DNA from: Podarcis liolepis
Lineage: Eukaryota
NCBI GenBank assembly: GCA_965112155.1
Contig: OZ218099.1
DNA: 64,000 nucleotides
Direction: 5' to 3' (one strand)
Part shown: positions 1 to 12,880 of the stretch, piece after piece
How the letters are laid out: the number at the start of each line of letters is the position of its first letter
How positions within the stretch are numbered: position 1 is the stretch's first letter
Position numbers and translations under genes: made by a program
The notes under the pieces: generated by a model
What the model saw: the letters and a program-made list of their open reading frames with translations, nothing else
Told to the model about the DNA's origin: nothing
Database searches by the model: none

Positions 1-2611
1 ATCCTTGCTACGAATGAGAAACAAAATTATTCTGAAATATATCCGCCTTTGTGCATAGTAACAGAGGAGAAGGAGTATCTTATGGGTGCAGAGTTTGTAA
101 AATATGGTTCAACACAGGGAGTCTAAATCCTATTATTCACATTAGCCAAGGAGCAATCTTGTTTCTACTTTTCATTTACTTTTCCTATTAAGGCAAGGGT
201 TGTCAGACTTGGACATCTCTCACAGCACTTTCTTACGGCTATAACTTGTTTCTTTCACAGTACTTACAAGGCTGTCATGGTTGAAAGTATGTGCTTTAAT
301 TTCTTCCAGTATTGATTCATTCTATGAGCAGAGTAAGGGATTTTCAGTAAATTGCTTAATAACAATGAAGTGCAAAATGCTGAAATCTTTCTTCCATGTC
401 TGTTTTTCATAGCCCCTGTTTCCTTGCAGAAAACATTCATGCCCCAGGAAATTTAAGAAAAAATGTGTTCCTTTAAAAACACCACCACAAAAACTGCTTT
501 CTTTGTTTTAAAAATGCAGCATAACTGATTGAAACCAAATAGTGTGTTGTTTCTATCTAGAGTTATTATGGATTCTGGCACATTATAAGAATGTGTCATT
601 CATCTTCAATAACAATGCTCAACAATACCCAATCTCAGGTACTCACTAGGTAGAAAATATAGGAAGGGTGTTGAATTATTCTTCCTGGAGAAAACAGTTC
701 ATAATAATCGCTTTCTGGGTTCCTCCTGACTTTGAATGCTACCTAATTGAGAAAATGAAGTGAATTAATTAATACATGCAGGGACCCAGATGAGCTCCTT
801 AGCCAGAGAAATTGATTGAGGAAATTTTAATCAATTTTTGACTGTCTGTGAAAAATACAAATTAAAAGAATGCCGAAGTGATTTCACTGGGACAGCCGCT
901 AATCTGAGCAAAAGATTTGTACAAACTGGCAATCTGGGAGTTTTATGCAGCTAGCTTCCTCAACACTCCTGACCCCTAAGTACTTGGTTGGCACTATCAG
1001 TTGGGACTGAAGACCATAAGCAAGACAGGGGAAGGGACCTAAGAATTAGCAAAGGACCCACCCCCTCAGCCCTCTGTTTCATTCCTTAATCACTGCATGC
1101 AGTGGCTGATAACACACCACGCCAAAGGTGGGAATTCCTTCAGCATGCAAATCTGTTCTTTTGGCTCCCAAGACTCTTACAGATCTTGCGGAATGTTAAA
1201 CTATCGCAATTAATATGGAGAGAGGCAACTAATGCTGATTCTACTCAGCCCTGATCCTCATAGTTTAAGTTCAATCATCCGGTTCCAAGGGAGCTTGAGG
1301 CTCACAGGGGAAGCAGGTGATGTCCAGAGAAGGTCAGTTCAAAGTAAAGGGTAGAACCTAGGACTGGGTCTTACTGGCTAAACATTCTCCTTCTGGACAA
1401 TGGCGATGTTCTGAAATCCCCATGTCCCCATCAGATCTACTGCATGTTGTGCCAGGAAATTCTAATGTATCATTATGTGTTGGCAGAAGGGATGTGAAAC
1501 CACCACTGCAGTATGGGAGCTTTGCTGCCTTAAGAGTCCCAAAGTGCTTTATGCTTACTGTTTCCAAGGTAGACTTCAGACTCTCCTATAGCACACCAGT
1601 TTGTGCCACTGCACAGTTTGGGGACTTATTGTTCCCATTTGCTCTCCTTTCTGTCATAGGCTTCCCACGTTAAGATTTGGTGAGTTACTCAAATATGCCT
1701 TTTAGTAAAGACCCAAGATGACAGTTGTTTGGAAGAGCAGACGTGTTCTCTTCCTCACCTTAGGAACAAAACCTTTAGGAATAATTCCTTAGATGGGAAA
1801 TACATAGTTGTGCATAGATTATGCTTCTGCGATCTCTCAGTATCAAATGAACCAAGGATCCCTGGTGCTCTCTATGTGCACCTCATTCGTAAGCACATAA
1901 CATATATAGTTGTATTTATAGCAGCATAATTGCTGTTTGATCAGACATCTTAAAGAATGAATTTGTAGCTGATTGTCTGCAACTTTGGTCACATGTCACT
2001 GCTTAATATTAGAGAGTAAGTGTGTGGTTTTCCTTTCCATGCGAATGGTGGAAAAGTTCAGTGGATGTGGTCACAGTCCTTATGTGCCCTCATGTTCCTT
2101 TAGCCAGTAAATGTCAGTTTAAAGGATTTAATGCCTAGTGTTGCAGAATTATCCTTTTTTGGGGGAGGGGTATAGTGGATTAGAAGAGGAACCACATGGT
2201 TGCCTCAGCAATGGTGAACATGCTTATTGTGATGGAGTTTTGTCTAATTACTGTCAGGAACAGTACAGTACTTATAGTTGAGCACCATTGTCTCAATCTG
2301 CCCTCTCTTTCTTCTTAACAGAATTCCCAAACTGACAGTTTGTACTGGACAGAGGGAAGTGGCATGAAACAGATGACCACCCCCCCAAAAAAAACTTGCA
2401 CGACCACCACAACCCGTCCACACAGAATCTGGGCAGCCAATGCTTATATATACACACATGCCACACAAATATTGAAGGTCCAGCCCATCTTGAACTTTCT
2501 CAAATTTTTGTTGTTTTTTTGCAGTAGACAAAAAGGTGTTGGGGTTTTTTTTAAAAAGTACATTATTCCAAAATATTAGCTGAATAAAGACAATGTTGTG
2601 TGTCAGCATGC

Positions 2612-2627
2612 AGAGAGAGAGAGCGAT

Positions 2628-2673
<46 letters not shown>
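2612..2673 (+). repeat. (GA)n microsatellite; short (CA)n at ~2735-2752
   Basis: Direct reading. Confidence 0.95.
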
Positions 2674-2676
<3 letters not shown>

Positions 2677-3899
2677 AAGCAGCAATTATAGCACTATAAA
2701 TTGTAAGTGCAGAAATGCCCTTCATTTGCCAGCTACACACACACACACACACAAATACATAGATGGACTTCCACCCACATTGCCTAGCTCATCACTGCGG
2801 CGCTGCCACCCACCTCTTTTATATCTGGTATAGAAAGGGAGATGAAAGCCATTCACTTTGAATGCCTTGGCCTGAATAGGATTCACGATAGCAGTTGCCT
2901 TTCAGACTGGGTAAACAAGCAAGGCTTTTTATAGCAATTAGGCCAAGGTAGGGGGGACGGACATATCCGCATACCCATACACCAAAAGCCTGATTCTTAT
3001 TATTAACACAATATATCCTGGGGATAACTTAAAACACACAGGGTGCCATTTAAGGCCTTCATTCAGGATGCTGGTTAGCCATGTATATATCTTGTCACAG
3101 GGTTAAATATTTGGGTTTGGAATCAGGGCAGCGCCATCCATTTGCAGATGGCGACACTCAAATGCTTGCAAACAATCGATAAGGGAAGGAGGAGAATTTC
3201 ATTTGGTGTACATTTTTACTTCTTCTTTTATTATTCGCATGATATATACAGGCAATGAAAAATTTATGTAAGGTATGTATTACAATATATTACAATATAT
3301 TAAAGAGAGAGATAATAACAAGAGTACAATAATTAAATAGCATAGAAATGTATGTCTAAAATTAATACTCAAGACATACATGTAGGTATAGTTTGAAATA
3401 TTCTTACAATAAACAGTTAAAAGTTTGTTTTCACCTTTTTTGTAAGATATGTATCTTTTCTTTTTAAAATACTGCTATAATCTCAATCTCTCTCTCTCTC
3501 TGTGTGTGTATGTGTCTACCCTCCCTAATTATAAGAGTGCTGCTTGCTTATTAATTAAAGATTAACCACTTAGCCAGCTGATTTGGTCTGCAGTTTAAAG
3601 CAAACTGACCTCAGACACATCTTTTGGACTGATACGTGGATCAGAATGTAATTATCCTTCACACTTCAGATTTTGTAATACTGTTCTTGGTTCAAAGAAT
3701 GCACTAAACTGCATAGTAGGAATATATATATATTTAGGATAAGGTAATGTTTAGAAAATTATCCATTGAAATTAAATACCGGTACTTAAAATTCACGTAC
3801 TGAGATAAAATATGCATGCATATATAAATACAAATTTGCATATAAACTTTTTTTAAAATGTCCATCCCTACAACCAGCCAAGAAGTAGTAATCACAGCA

Positions 3900-4230
3900 T
3901 CTATTTAGTGCTTTGGAGCTGTGGTCAGTTGGATGAAGGTGAACAAGTTGCAACTGAATCCAGAGAAGACAGATGTAATAGCACCTTCACTCGTCTGGGG
4001 ATCCACGTGCTCTAAGGAGGGCTAAGGTTGCCACAGATTAGTAGTGTCTCCCCTTCCCTAATGAGATCAGGTTTGCAGTCTAACAGAGCTACTGGACTCT
4101 GCATTGTGGGTGAAAATCCCACATGGTAGGGACACCAGCAGTGCATTATTACCAGTGGCATTCTCGTCGCTTCCTAGAGCAAAGGGGCCTAGAAATCTTT
4201 ATTATCTGTGTAACCTAAGCTAAAGTATTG
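3900..4230 (+). mobile_element. Degenerate L2/CR1-clade LINE RT fragment
   Basis: aacaagttgcaactgaatccagagaagaca translates as NKLQLNPEKT, a typical post-RT motif; boundaries approximate. Confidence 0.6.
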
Positions 4231-4329
4231 ACAGGACAGGACAAAGGGGACCTGTGGGTAGGGAGTAGAAACAACAACTTGTCTTGCACTACCCGACAGG
4301 GTTTGGGCTCCTGACCTCTGCAGAGGCTG

Positions 4330-5345
4330 GGGACTTGTTATAAGGAGATTTCGACTGGTGGCGCGCATTGTGACACAATGGTTGGCTAGGCTGCTAGAGT
4401 GACTGTGGAGAAAGACTAGGAATGAATTCAGCTGAACATTGGTTAGAGCTCATTTTAGACCTGTTTTTGCAACAGCGAAGAAATCACACTTCGCCATCAC
4501 CATTGCCCGGCTTGGCCAGAGGAGTTATTCAAAGTAGTGAAGGAATTCTTACAGACTAGCCCCCAAAGTAGTGAGGAGGAACCCTTGGCAGCTTACTGGA
4601 ACTATTATGCACAACACATTGCAAGTACACACTAGCTCTGTCTTGCTCCACATTGAGAACAGGATCTATGATGGTGAGAGGCGGCTGCTTTTCTATTTTG
4701 TTGGATAGCTTTCAGCGTGCACAGCCTCAGAACGTGGGCAGCTTGCTTAAAGGACTGAGGCCAACCACTTTCTCATTTGATCCATGTCCATATTGCCCGA
4801 TTAAGCTGCCAGAGGAAGACAGGCCAGATGGGTGGTTAAGGCTGTAAATCTATCTCCAGAGGAGAACAGTAATCCTGTGGCAATAAAGGAAGCAGTTGTG
4901 CTGCATTTACATTAAATGCCCTCATTTGATTCTACCACACAGGGTAATTCCTGGCTACTCTCTAATTTGTTTAGTTTGAGTGGTAACTACTCAACTCCCA
5001 AGCTTTGTTGAAGAAAAGTGATTGTTTAGATTCTTTCCCATCTGGATTCCAACCTAGTTTTGGACTGAAATGACTTTGGTTGCCCTTTGAAGATGACCTT
5101 CACCAGGAGCTAGCCGGGGGAGTGTAACATTTTGGTGCTGGTGAACCTTTTAGCAGCTTTCAATACCATTAACTCTGATATCCTTCTGGGACTTCTGGCT
5201 GACATGGGACTGCGAGGAACTCTGTTGCAATGACTCTAGTCCTATAAGGCTGGACATACCAAGAACAGTGGTGCTTGGCTCCATGACTATGGGGTTCCTC
5301 AAGGTCCCATCCTTTCCCCCATGCTATTTAACATCCATGTGAATC
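4330..5345 (+). mobile_element. Degenerate L2-type LINE ORF2/RT fragment
   Basis: Remnants of LVLLDLSAAFDTI (~5130-5172) and GVPQGxILSPMLFNI (~5291-5335); frameshifted; boundaries approximate. Confidence 0.75.
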
Positions 5346-5510
5346 TTTCATCTGCACCTATTTGAAAACAAAAATATATTGCACCTATGAATGCTAGGCA
5401 TATGTTCTTGCAGAGGAATGTAACTCTTCTGAAAGGATATCTACACACATATCAAGATATCAAAAATTACAACTTTGGCAGTCTTTGGTAGTATGGGCCA
5501 TTTCTTTAGC

Positions 5511-5637
5511 CAGGGGACAGGGAAACCTATGGCCCTCCCAGATGTTGTTGAAACTCCAAACTCCCATCAGTACCAGATAGCAGGGCTCATGGTCAGCATC
5601 CATCAGCATCTGCAGGGCCAAATGTTTCCCCACCCTG
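5511..5637. mobile_element. Short palindromic non-autonomous DNA element (hAT-like MITE)
   Basis: CAGGG...CCCTG ends with internal inverted symmetry; related copy at 47851-47970. Confidence 0.6.
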
Positions 5638-7399
5638 CTCTAGGCCAATGCATATAGATACCAAGGGCTGCTGCAACAGCCAACAAAATAATTTTAATAG
5701 GCTGGAAATTAACTCTATTCCCTTGATTTACTCATAGCTGAACCAGATGGCAGCCTTAACCACAAGAGAGAGAAACAGAGAGAGAGAATTGTTTATTGGA
5801 AGCATAATAAAGAAAGTACTTAAACTGAAATATAGACTTAGTTCTTAGAGTGCTTTGGAGAAGAATTGGAAGTAGAATGAAGTATGTGACCTTTAAAAAA
5901 GGGTACATCCTAGTCTTGGTCTAGCATACCTGAAAAGATGAGCCTATGCGTCCTTTGATATGGGGTGGACTACTCCCAATTCTCTTATGCAAAGGTAGTG
6001 AAGTAAGCCTTACCTATCAGAGCGCACTATCTGTAGGGATCTGTCCTTCCCTTTAGAATGAATTGCAAAGCTTTTTCTGCTTTTAAAAGTGCTCAGAGAC
6101 TGATTATCTTATAGCAAGCCTCACGCCTCCCCTCTCATTGACACTCACACAGATACCCACTCCCCACCCCCCATAGCAGTTACTTCATTTCTAATGGTCA
6201 TTTGCCATCAAGAAAATCCTTGGTCTACTTGAATAGGTGAACAGATGTTCCATGTAGATGCCAGAGAACCAAGAAGCATCACTGTTGCCACCTTCCCAAG
6301 GATATGTGAAGTGCCAGAATTTAAATTTCTGAAAGTTATCCAAAGGAAAAGTTTTCAACACTTCCTCCCGCTCCCGAGATACTTTGCAACTTTTCAATTT
6401 AGTTTTGAATGTAAACAGGTGATTTGATTTCACAGTTCCTGACAGAATGTTTGTTTTCAACAAAACTTACTTTCTGGGCCAGCTAGAATTTGGAATGGTC
6501 CCAATGGCTTGCATTTACCTCTCCCAGAAATACACATTTTCTCCTCTGAAATGCAAATTTTCTCACTTTAAAAGAACACTTCTGTCTCCTACATTCTACG
6601 GAAAAAATAAATAAAGATAGGGAAAAGTCTCGTATCCAGAGAAATAAACATGAACAGAATTATTAATCACCTCCTCTTAGGAACTCTTCATATCTTGTCA
6701 GAAGTAAACATACAATTGTCCTATTGCAAAGAGCCCCCCACCCCCCACATCCCAACCTGACTCCCTCCCTCCCCCAGGACAGATCAGTCTATTAAGTTTC
6801 ACCAAACTCCATGATTATATTATTTCTGTAACTTAAAAAAAGAACCACTAGTAGTAAATATACCACACTAACCACTGGGGAAGTGTGACTAGTTTCACAC
6901 CAAAATTCCCACTGGAGCTGCTAGATTTCAAGTCAGGTTATATTTAGCAACATACCATTGTTATGTGACATTCTGTCAAGTGATCAAAGCTCTGTCAAAC
7001 AATTACTGTGCAGAAGATAAAAGATGCTGGAGAAAATGTTATTTTTTGTGATAGCATTTTGCCTGCAGTCTTGCTTCAATTTAAGCACCTCTGCTCTTCA
7101 AACTACAGGCACAAAGAGGTAGCCAGTTCCACCAATTAAAGGCAAAAACGCATTCCACACAAGCCAAACCTGACAGCATACACTGTGCACCACCCAGTTG
7201 TGTTAAAAAAGACACTGAGTAGACATAGATGTTAAAACATTTTAGTCTGCTTTTCTACCAAAGGCTTTCATGTCAACATAAAAGACAAAAGTAATTAAAA
7301 AATGCAACAATATTCATCAATATACATAAAAAGAACTTAACATAAATCTGCAGCAACATGGCACCAGAATAGCAAACTATAGAGAAAATAAAAATGACT

Positions 7400-7660
7400 C
7401 CAATCCAAAGGACTGATTAAACAAAGCAGATTTAACTGAATATCTGAACACCTGTAAAGTGGGGGACCCTGGGACAGTTAGGCACCACTACCAAAAAGAT
7501 CCTGCCCCACTACATCGACAAGTGGAGGTGGGACACAGAGCTGGACCTTTGCTGCAGATCTCAACTGACGGGCAGGTTCACGTGGCAGAAGCCTGACATT
7601 TAAATATCCTGATCCCAAACTATGCAGAGCTTTGAAGATAATGATCAGCCCTTTGCAGGG
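7400..7660 (-). mobile_element. L2 LINE 3' fragment
   Basis: Minus-strand peptide FKALHSLGSGYLNVRLLPREPARQLRS resembles the L2 ORF2 C-terminus. Confidence 0.7.
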
Positions 7661-7975
7661 CTCCTGGTTCATTTCCTAACACAATTCAAATTAATGGAGT
7701 TGATTGAACCATTGAACCATGCCATGAACTTCTGAGAGCAATCTCGTTGCAGGGTTATTTATATACCAGCTGCATTTTCTAGACACATTTTCAGAAGACC
7801 AAATTACAAGAAATAAGCAAACCTAGTACTTTGGAAAGTATGAGAGTTGTAACTCAGTAGGGACTCGGGATCCCTAACAGCACCTCTTCCAACTGCGATT
7901 TGCATGATTCCCCACCCCTGGGGGTTGGAGGATGAGACATCAAGTGTATAGAAGGCAGGGTAAAAATGATAAATA

Positions 7976-8328
7976 CAGTGGTGCCTCGCAAGACGAAATT
8001 AATTCATTCCACGAGTTTTTTCGTCTAGCGAATTTTTCGACTTGCGAAGCATGCTGTCGGAAAAGTTTTGGAAAAGCTTCAAAAATTGCCAAAAACCTCA
8101 AAAAGGGCTACCACACCGCATTCTATGAGTTGCTCCTCAAAGTCAAGTCACAACTGTATTAACGGTGTTAAGAAAAAGGAAACAAACTTGCAAAAAAGCA
8201 AGACGTTTTCGTCTTGCGAAGCAAGCCCATAGGGAAATTCGTCTTGCGAAGCAGCTCAAAAACCGCAAAACCCTTTCGTCTAGCGAGTTTTTCGTCTTGC
8301 GAGGCATTCGTCTTGTGGGGCACCACTG
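7976..8328. mobile_element. Tc1/mariner (Tigger/pogo-like) MITE, family B
   Basis: TA target duplication, CAGTGGTGCC TIR ends, internal CGTCTTGCGA repeats; sister copy at 24109-24405. Confidence 0.85.
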
Positions 8329-8686
8329 TAAATAAAGAGCCAGTGTAGTGTAATGGTTAAGAGTATTGGACTGTGATCAGGGAAAGCAGGGTTTGAATCC
8401 CTTGTGGTAGGTAGGACAACCAACCCCCCTTGTCCAGTACAGCCCCCCCATGCCCCCCCTCCGATACTCCTTAGTATGGAAGGGGGATAAGTTCAATTCA
8501 GTTCAACTCGGTTCACATTTAAAAGTGAACTTCCCTGATTTGCAGTTTCCAAAATGATATGCAAGCCAAAACACAGTCTTCCTTTGGAAATCTCACTTTT
8601 CTGAATGTTGAAGTACAGTTCTGCAGTCCAGTATTCCGTACAAAAAGTGCATCTTCTAGTGTAAAGTGTGCATGTTAATGCATATA

Positions 8687-8928
8687 CAGTGGTACCTCAG
8701 GTTAAGTACTTAATTCGTTCCGGAGGTCCATCCTTAACCTGAAACTGTTCTTAACCTAAAGCACCACTTTAGCTAATGGGGCCTCCTGCTGCTGCCGCGC
8801 CGCCGGAGCATGATTTCTGTTCTCATCCTGAAGCAAAGTTCTTAACCTGAAGTACTATTTCTGGGTTAGCGGAGTCTGTAACCTGAAGCATATGTAACCT
8901 GAAGCGTATGTAACCCGAGGTACCACTG
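8687..8928. mobile_element. Tc1/mariner (Tigger/pogo-like) MITE, family A
   Basis: TA|CAGTGGTACCTC...GAGGTACCACTG|TA; five copies in the window. Confidence 0.9.
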
Positions 8929-9916
8929 TAACAGTAAAAAATAACATACAAAAATGCAGTCTGTTGAGGGAAGTTGCCTTGCAATGGCAACACTGCATAT
9001 AAGAATGTGTATATTAATAAAAATTTGAACTAAAATACTGTTGTGATGAATTTTTCATGAGGACTTAAAAACACACACCAAACAAACTGGTGTAGGAGTG
9101 TAGAGAACGGAACTGAATAGTGGAATAAATAAGAAAGGGAAAGAAGCTGAAATTGGCATATTCACCCATCACTGCTCCTGAGGGATGGTAACCATATGGA
9201 ACAGTATATGATACGGTGCTGAGAGCTGCAGTAGATGGGGGCAGGGAGAAATCAGCAAAAAGCTGATGCCCGTTCCTTACACAAGTTGAAGTGCTTTCTG
9301 CTAACACAAAGCCACCATTGGCTACAATTCTATATATTTCCCCATAAAATTCAGGTTTGTGCACTGAGATTGCAAAACAACACTTGGAGATTTGTCACAT
9401 ATCACGTAAGTTGCTAGAAATGATTGTGTGGAAAGCAGCCTTGATAGAGGCACAGCAAGGAAGGGGGAAATGCAGGAGGAGAAGCAAACCAACATTTTGG
9501 AAGCAGTAAGAGATATGAGCTATAAGAAAAGCACTAATAACCAAAGAGGAAAATAGTAAAGGGCACTGTGCAATGCAGAACACATTGGTTTTGATTTATT
9601 GTAATATTGCATTTTTAGATAATTGCAGCCGCCCTACGGGCAGGTAATAAATCCAAATAGCAGTAGTAGTGGCAATTGGTAACAACAGGGCAACTCTCCA
9701 TTTTAGCACCAATCTTGCTAGGTAGGCTAACAGCCCTGAGGAACCCAGCCTAGTCCTTCCTCTCTGCTGCTGCCAACCACTCGCGTGTCCCTAGGGCAAG
9801 GGGAGAGGCAAGATTCCTACCTCACTATGGTGGTTTTCTTGAGAGTAGGGGAGCAGCCAGCTAAATTCCAGCTTCAGCTTGTCTGCTGTACCACATATTT
9901 TAACAATCTGTGCACT

Positions 9917-10192
9917 GGAGAGCCAGTGTGGTGTAGTGGTTAAGAGCGGTAGACTCGTAATCTGGTGAACTGGGTTCGATTCCCTGCTTTTCCACATGCA
10001 GCTGCTGGGTGACCTTGGGCCAGTCACACTTCTCTGAAGTCTCTCAGCCTCACTCACCTCACAGAGTGTTTGTTGTGGAGGAGGAAGGGAAAGAAGAACG
10101 TTAGCCACTTTGAGACTCCTTAGGGTAGTGATAAAGCAGGATATCAAATCCAAACTCCTCTTCTAAAAAAAACAAAACACAAAAACACAAAA
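9917..10192 (+). mobile_element. Squam3/POM-type tRNA-derived SINE with A-rich tail
   Basis: tRNA-like head with A and B boxes, high similarity to copies at 45247 and 58983, 16-bp flanking duplication aacaatctgtgcactg. Confidence 0.85.
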
Positions 10193-10200
10193 AACAATCT

Positions 10201-10374
10201 GTGCACTGCTCTGGTTTCACCAGAAGCGGCTTAGTCATGCTGGCCACATGACCCTGAAAAACTGTCTGTGGACAAACGTCGGCTCCCTCGGCCAGTAAAG
10301 TGAGATCAGCGCCGCAACCCTAGAGTCGTTTGCGACTGGACCTAACTGTCAGGGGTCCTTTACTTTTACTTTTT
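10201..10374 (+). mobile_element. 5'-truncated Sauria SINE (Squam1)
   Basis: Matches the 3' half of the other Sauria SINE copies; (accttt)-like tail. Confidence 0.85.
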
Positions 10375-12369
10375 AGTGCAGCAGCCCAAGCAGCCTAAAC
10401 ACGTGGGAGTTTAATTGGTGTGTGCAGAAACCAATACAGCCCAGAAATCCAATTAAGCAGTTCATTCCAAAAGGAGTCAATGCAAAAAAAAAAAAAAAGG
10501 AAGGAGGAGAAATAGCAAGCATACAGGTCAAAATGGAAATAAAACGCTGTAATCAGGGTATTGGTCTAACTAATCCTACACTTAATTCAGACTAACACAG
10601 AATAATTTACACTTATTGGTCAAGCTTCAGGCATCAGTTGAAGGTTGCGAGATTCAAGAGGAAGAATTCAGCACTACGGTGGAAAACCTTTGGCCCCGTT
10701 TCCTATATCTTCCAATAATTTTAAACATTGATTTTATTGTGGGCTTTCTGTGCTTTATAATAACTATTGTTGCAAACTGCTTTGAGAGTTCCTTGGGGCT
10801 ACATAAACTGGGATGTAAATTTTAATTAAATTAGACATTCAGTGTATATCTTAACACCACAGACTTAAACTGCTTTCCAAGCCATTTCCTCTCATCAGGG
10901 AATCCTGGCATATGTATTTGCTGTGACAGGAGTTTGGGATCTTTGACAGGATTTTCAACACCCCTTTTCAAACCAAAATTCTGAGGAAGCCATGACAGGA
11001 TTAAAATGGATTAAAAAAAATTATAGTGTGGTTAGGCTCTCAGAATGACCGTAAAGCTATTCTTAATCTTTAATTTAATTTGTGAATGCAAATAAATAAC
11101 AATGTGATTAGAGGCGGGAATATAGTAAGGAAATGATACAGAGAAGAGCATCTGTTTAATCAATCGTAAGTAATTTATTCAAAGTGTATGTTTATAAAGA
11201 CAAGGCTGAATATCTGTATCGTATCCTATACACGCTCAGTTGACGATAATCTCCATTGAACTCAATGGGATGTGTTGCTGAGCAGATGTGAATAGGATCA
11301 TGCAGTTAGATATTCAGGTAATCTGATGCATCTCTCAGTTCAAGCGTTATGCTGAAAACAATTCTCTAAATAATATATCTGCTTTGTTGGCACCTAATGC
11401 TGAACCCTAGCGAGAATGCACAAGTGTGCAGGTATCCAGAAGGAAAATTGCAGACTCTTTGCTTCTCCTTAAGTTCTGCTGCCACTGTGCTACCTTGGAG
11501 CTAAACTATGGTTTGACTGAGCATTACAGATGAACCTCGGCTCATGGTTTGTTCCTCCCCAAACTATGAGCAGTAACTTGCTCCCAGACTAAGGATGTGA
11601 CTTTTAGTTTAGCTTGGCAATTGTATTTGTTTAGTTTCTACTTTGTACCTAAACTGCAATAGCCTGAGGATAGGTCAACTGGATACAGCGTGGTTTTCTC
11701 CAAGCCCTACCTGGAGATGGGAGGGATTGATTCTGGGACCATCTTCATTCAAAGCAGGCTCTCCACCACTGAGCTATGGCTCTTTCAATGATAATGCCAT
11801 TTAAGATGCTCAGGAGAGTGATAAGCTATGCGGAGCAGCTTGTGCACGTAGAATATATTATACGGAAGTGGCCAGATTTTCCTCTTGCACAAGCTGTTTA
11901 TACAGTGAAAATAGCTGCCATGCCTGTGGAGCAGCTTCTCTTGATCATATACTTCTTGGTTCCCTATGGCTCAGTAGTATGCTACAACTTCAGGTGACGC
12001 GTCCTAGTGGGACTGTATTAAATTTAGTGTCAACTTCCTCCGAGTGCAATAATGTCACAGGCTGCTAACGCTCTCATTCTTTGGAATCCTTTCAAACGTT
12101 ACCGCAAACTTATTTTTACATAAGGGGTACCTTTCCAGCAGGAAAATCAAAACAAACTAACTGGAACTAGGGAAGTGCATGTTTACATTTCCACACAGCC
12201 ATTGTGCTGTTTGTATTAGGGTAGGCATGCCCTTGTCAGGAAAGGGCTGCCCAGGGACCTTAGGACCCGGAGTTTGTGACTACATTTTCATATGAGGAGT
12301 TTAAGGAAGAGGATGGGAATACAGGGAAGAAAATAAGGACAGCTTTGTGCCTATAAACAGAGGAGCTAA

Positions 12370-12880
12370 ATCAGTGTTTCTCATTTGCAGAGAAGGAAAA
12401 ATAAATGATTGGGGGCTATGGAATTTATAAAATTGTGCATTGTATGAAAAAGTGGATAGAGGTATTTCTTTCTCCTGAATTCATAAAACCAGAAGATAGG
12501 ATGACAAATAGCTACAGGCCATCACCGGCAGGGATAAGTGCAACAAAATGTTGCAGTGTATCCTCATCCTGTTACAGGCATGTTTTAAATCTTGAAGGCA
12601 ATGTTTTGGTGTGTGGTCTCAGGATGGGAGACCAAAAAGGGGCCCCTTTTCCATCCTTCCATCCTTTCTCATTGTGCCAAAGTTGGGGGGGGGCAGTGAT
12701 GACAATGAAACTCTAGCTTCAGAGGCTATATGCCTCAAATTTAATAATTACTGGGGGAAAGGCAAGAGGAGTGAAGGGGTTGATGTGTTACCGTTCTTCC
12801 TCTAGGATTTGTTGAAGCAACTATGGGAAAGAGTGCTGGGCTAGATGGACCTTTGGTCTCATACAACAACACTCTTCTTT
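12370..12880 (+). mobile_element. Degenerate CR1 LINE 3' fragment
   Basis: CR1-like phrases (tataaaattgtgcat..., gggctagatggacctttggtct); boundaries approximate. Confidence 0.5.

Noticed and set aside
7976-8328. Spaced CGTCTTGCGA repeats superficially like a CRISPR array
   Set aside because: Eukaryotic MITE with TIRs and TA TSD; repeats are short and irregularly spaced
9917-9990. tRNA-like sequence with A/B boxes (similar heads at ~8336-8403 and 28829-28905)
   Set aside because: SINE heads continuing into SINE bodies or degenerate; not tRNA genes
9791-10153. Recurrent MDLIS.FITT... ORF (also 45246-45491 and 58996-59235)
   Set aside because: Antisense reading of the Squam3 SINE, not a gene family
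10667-10687. REST/NRSE-like TTCAGCACTACGG (also TCAGCACC twice at ~46139-46158)
   Set aside because: Left half-sites only; right half GGACAG missing
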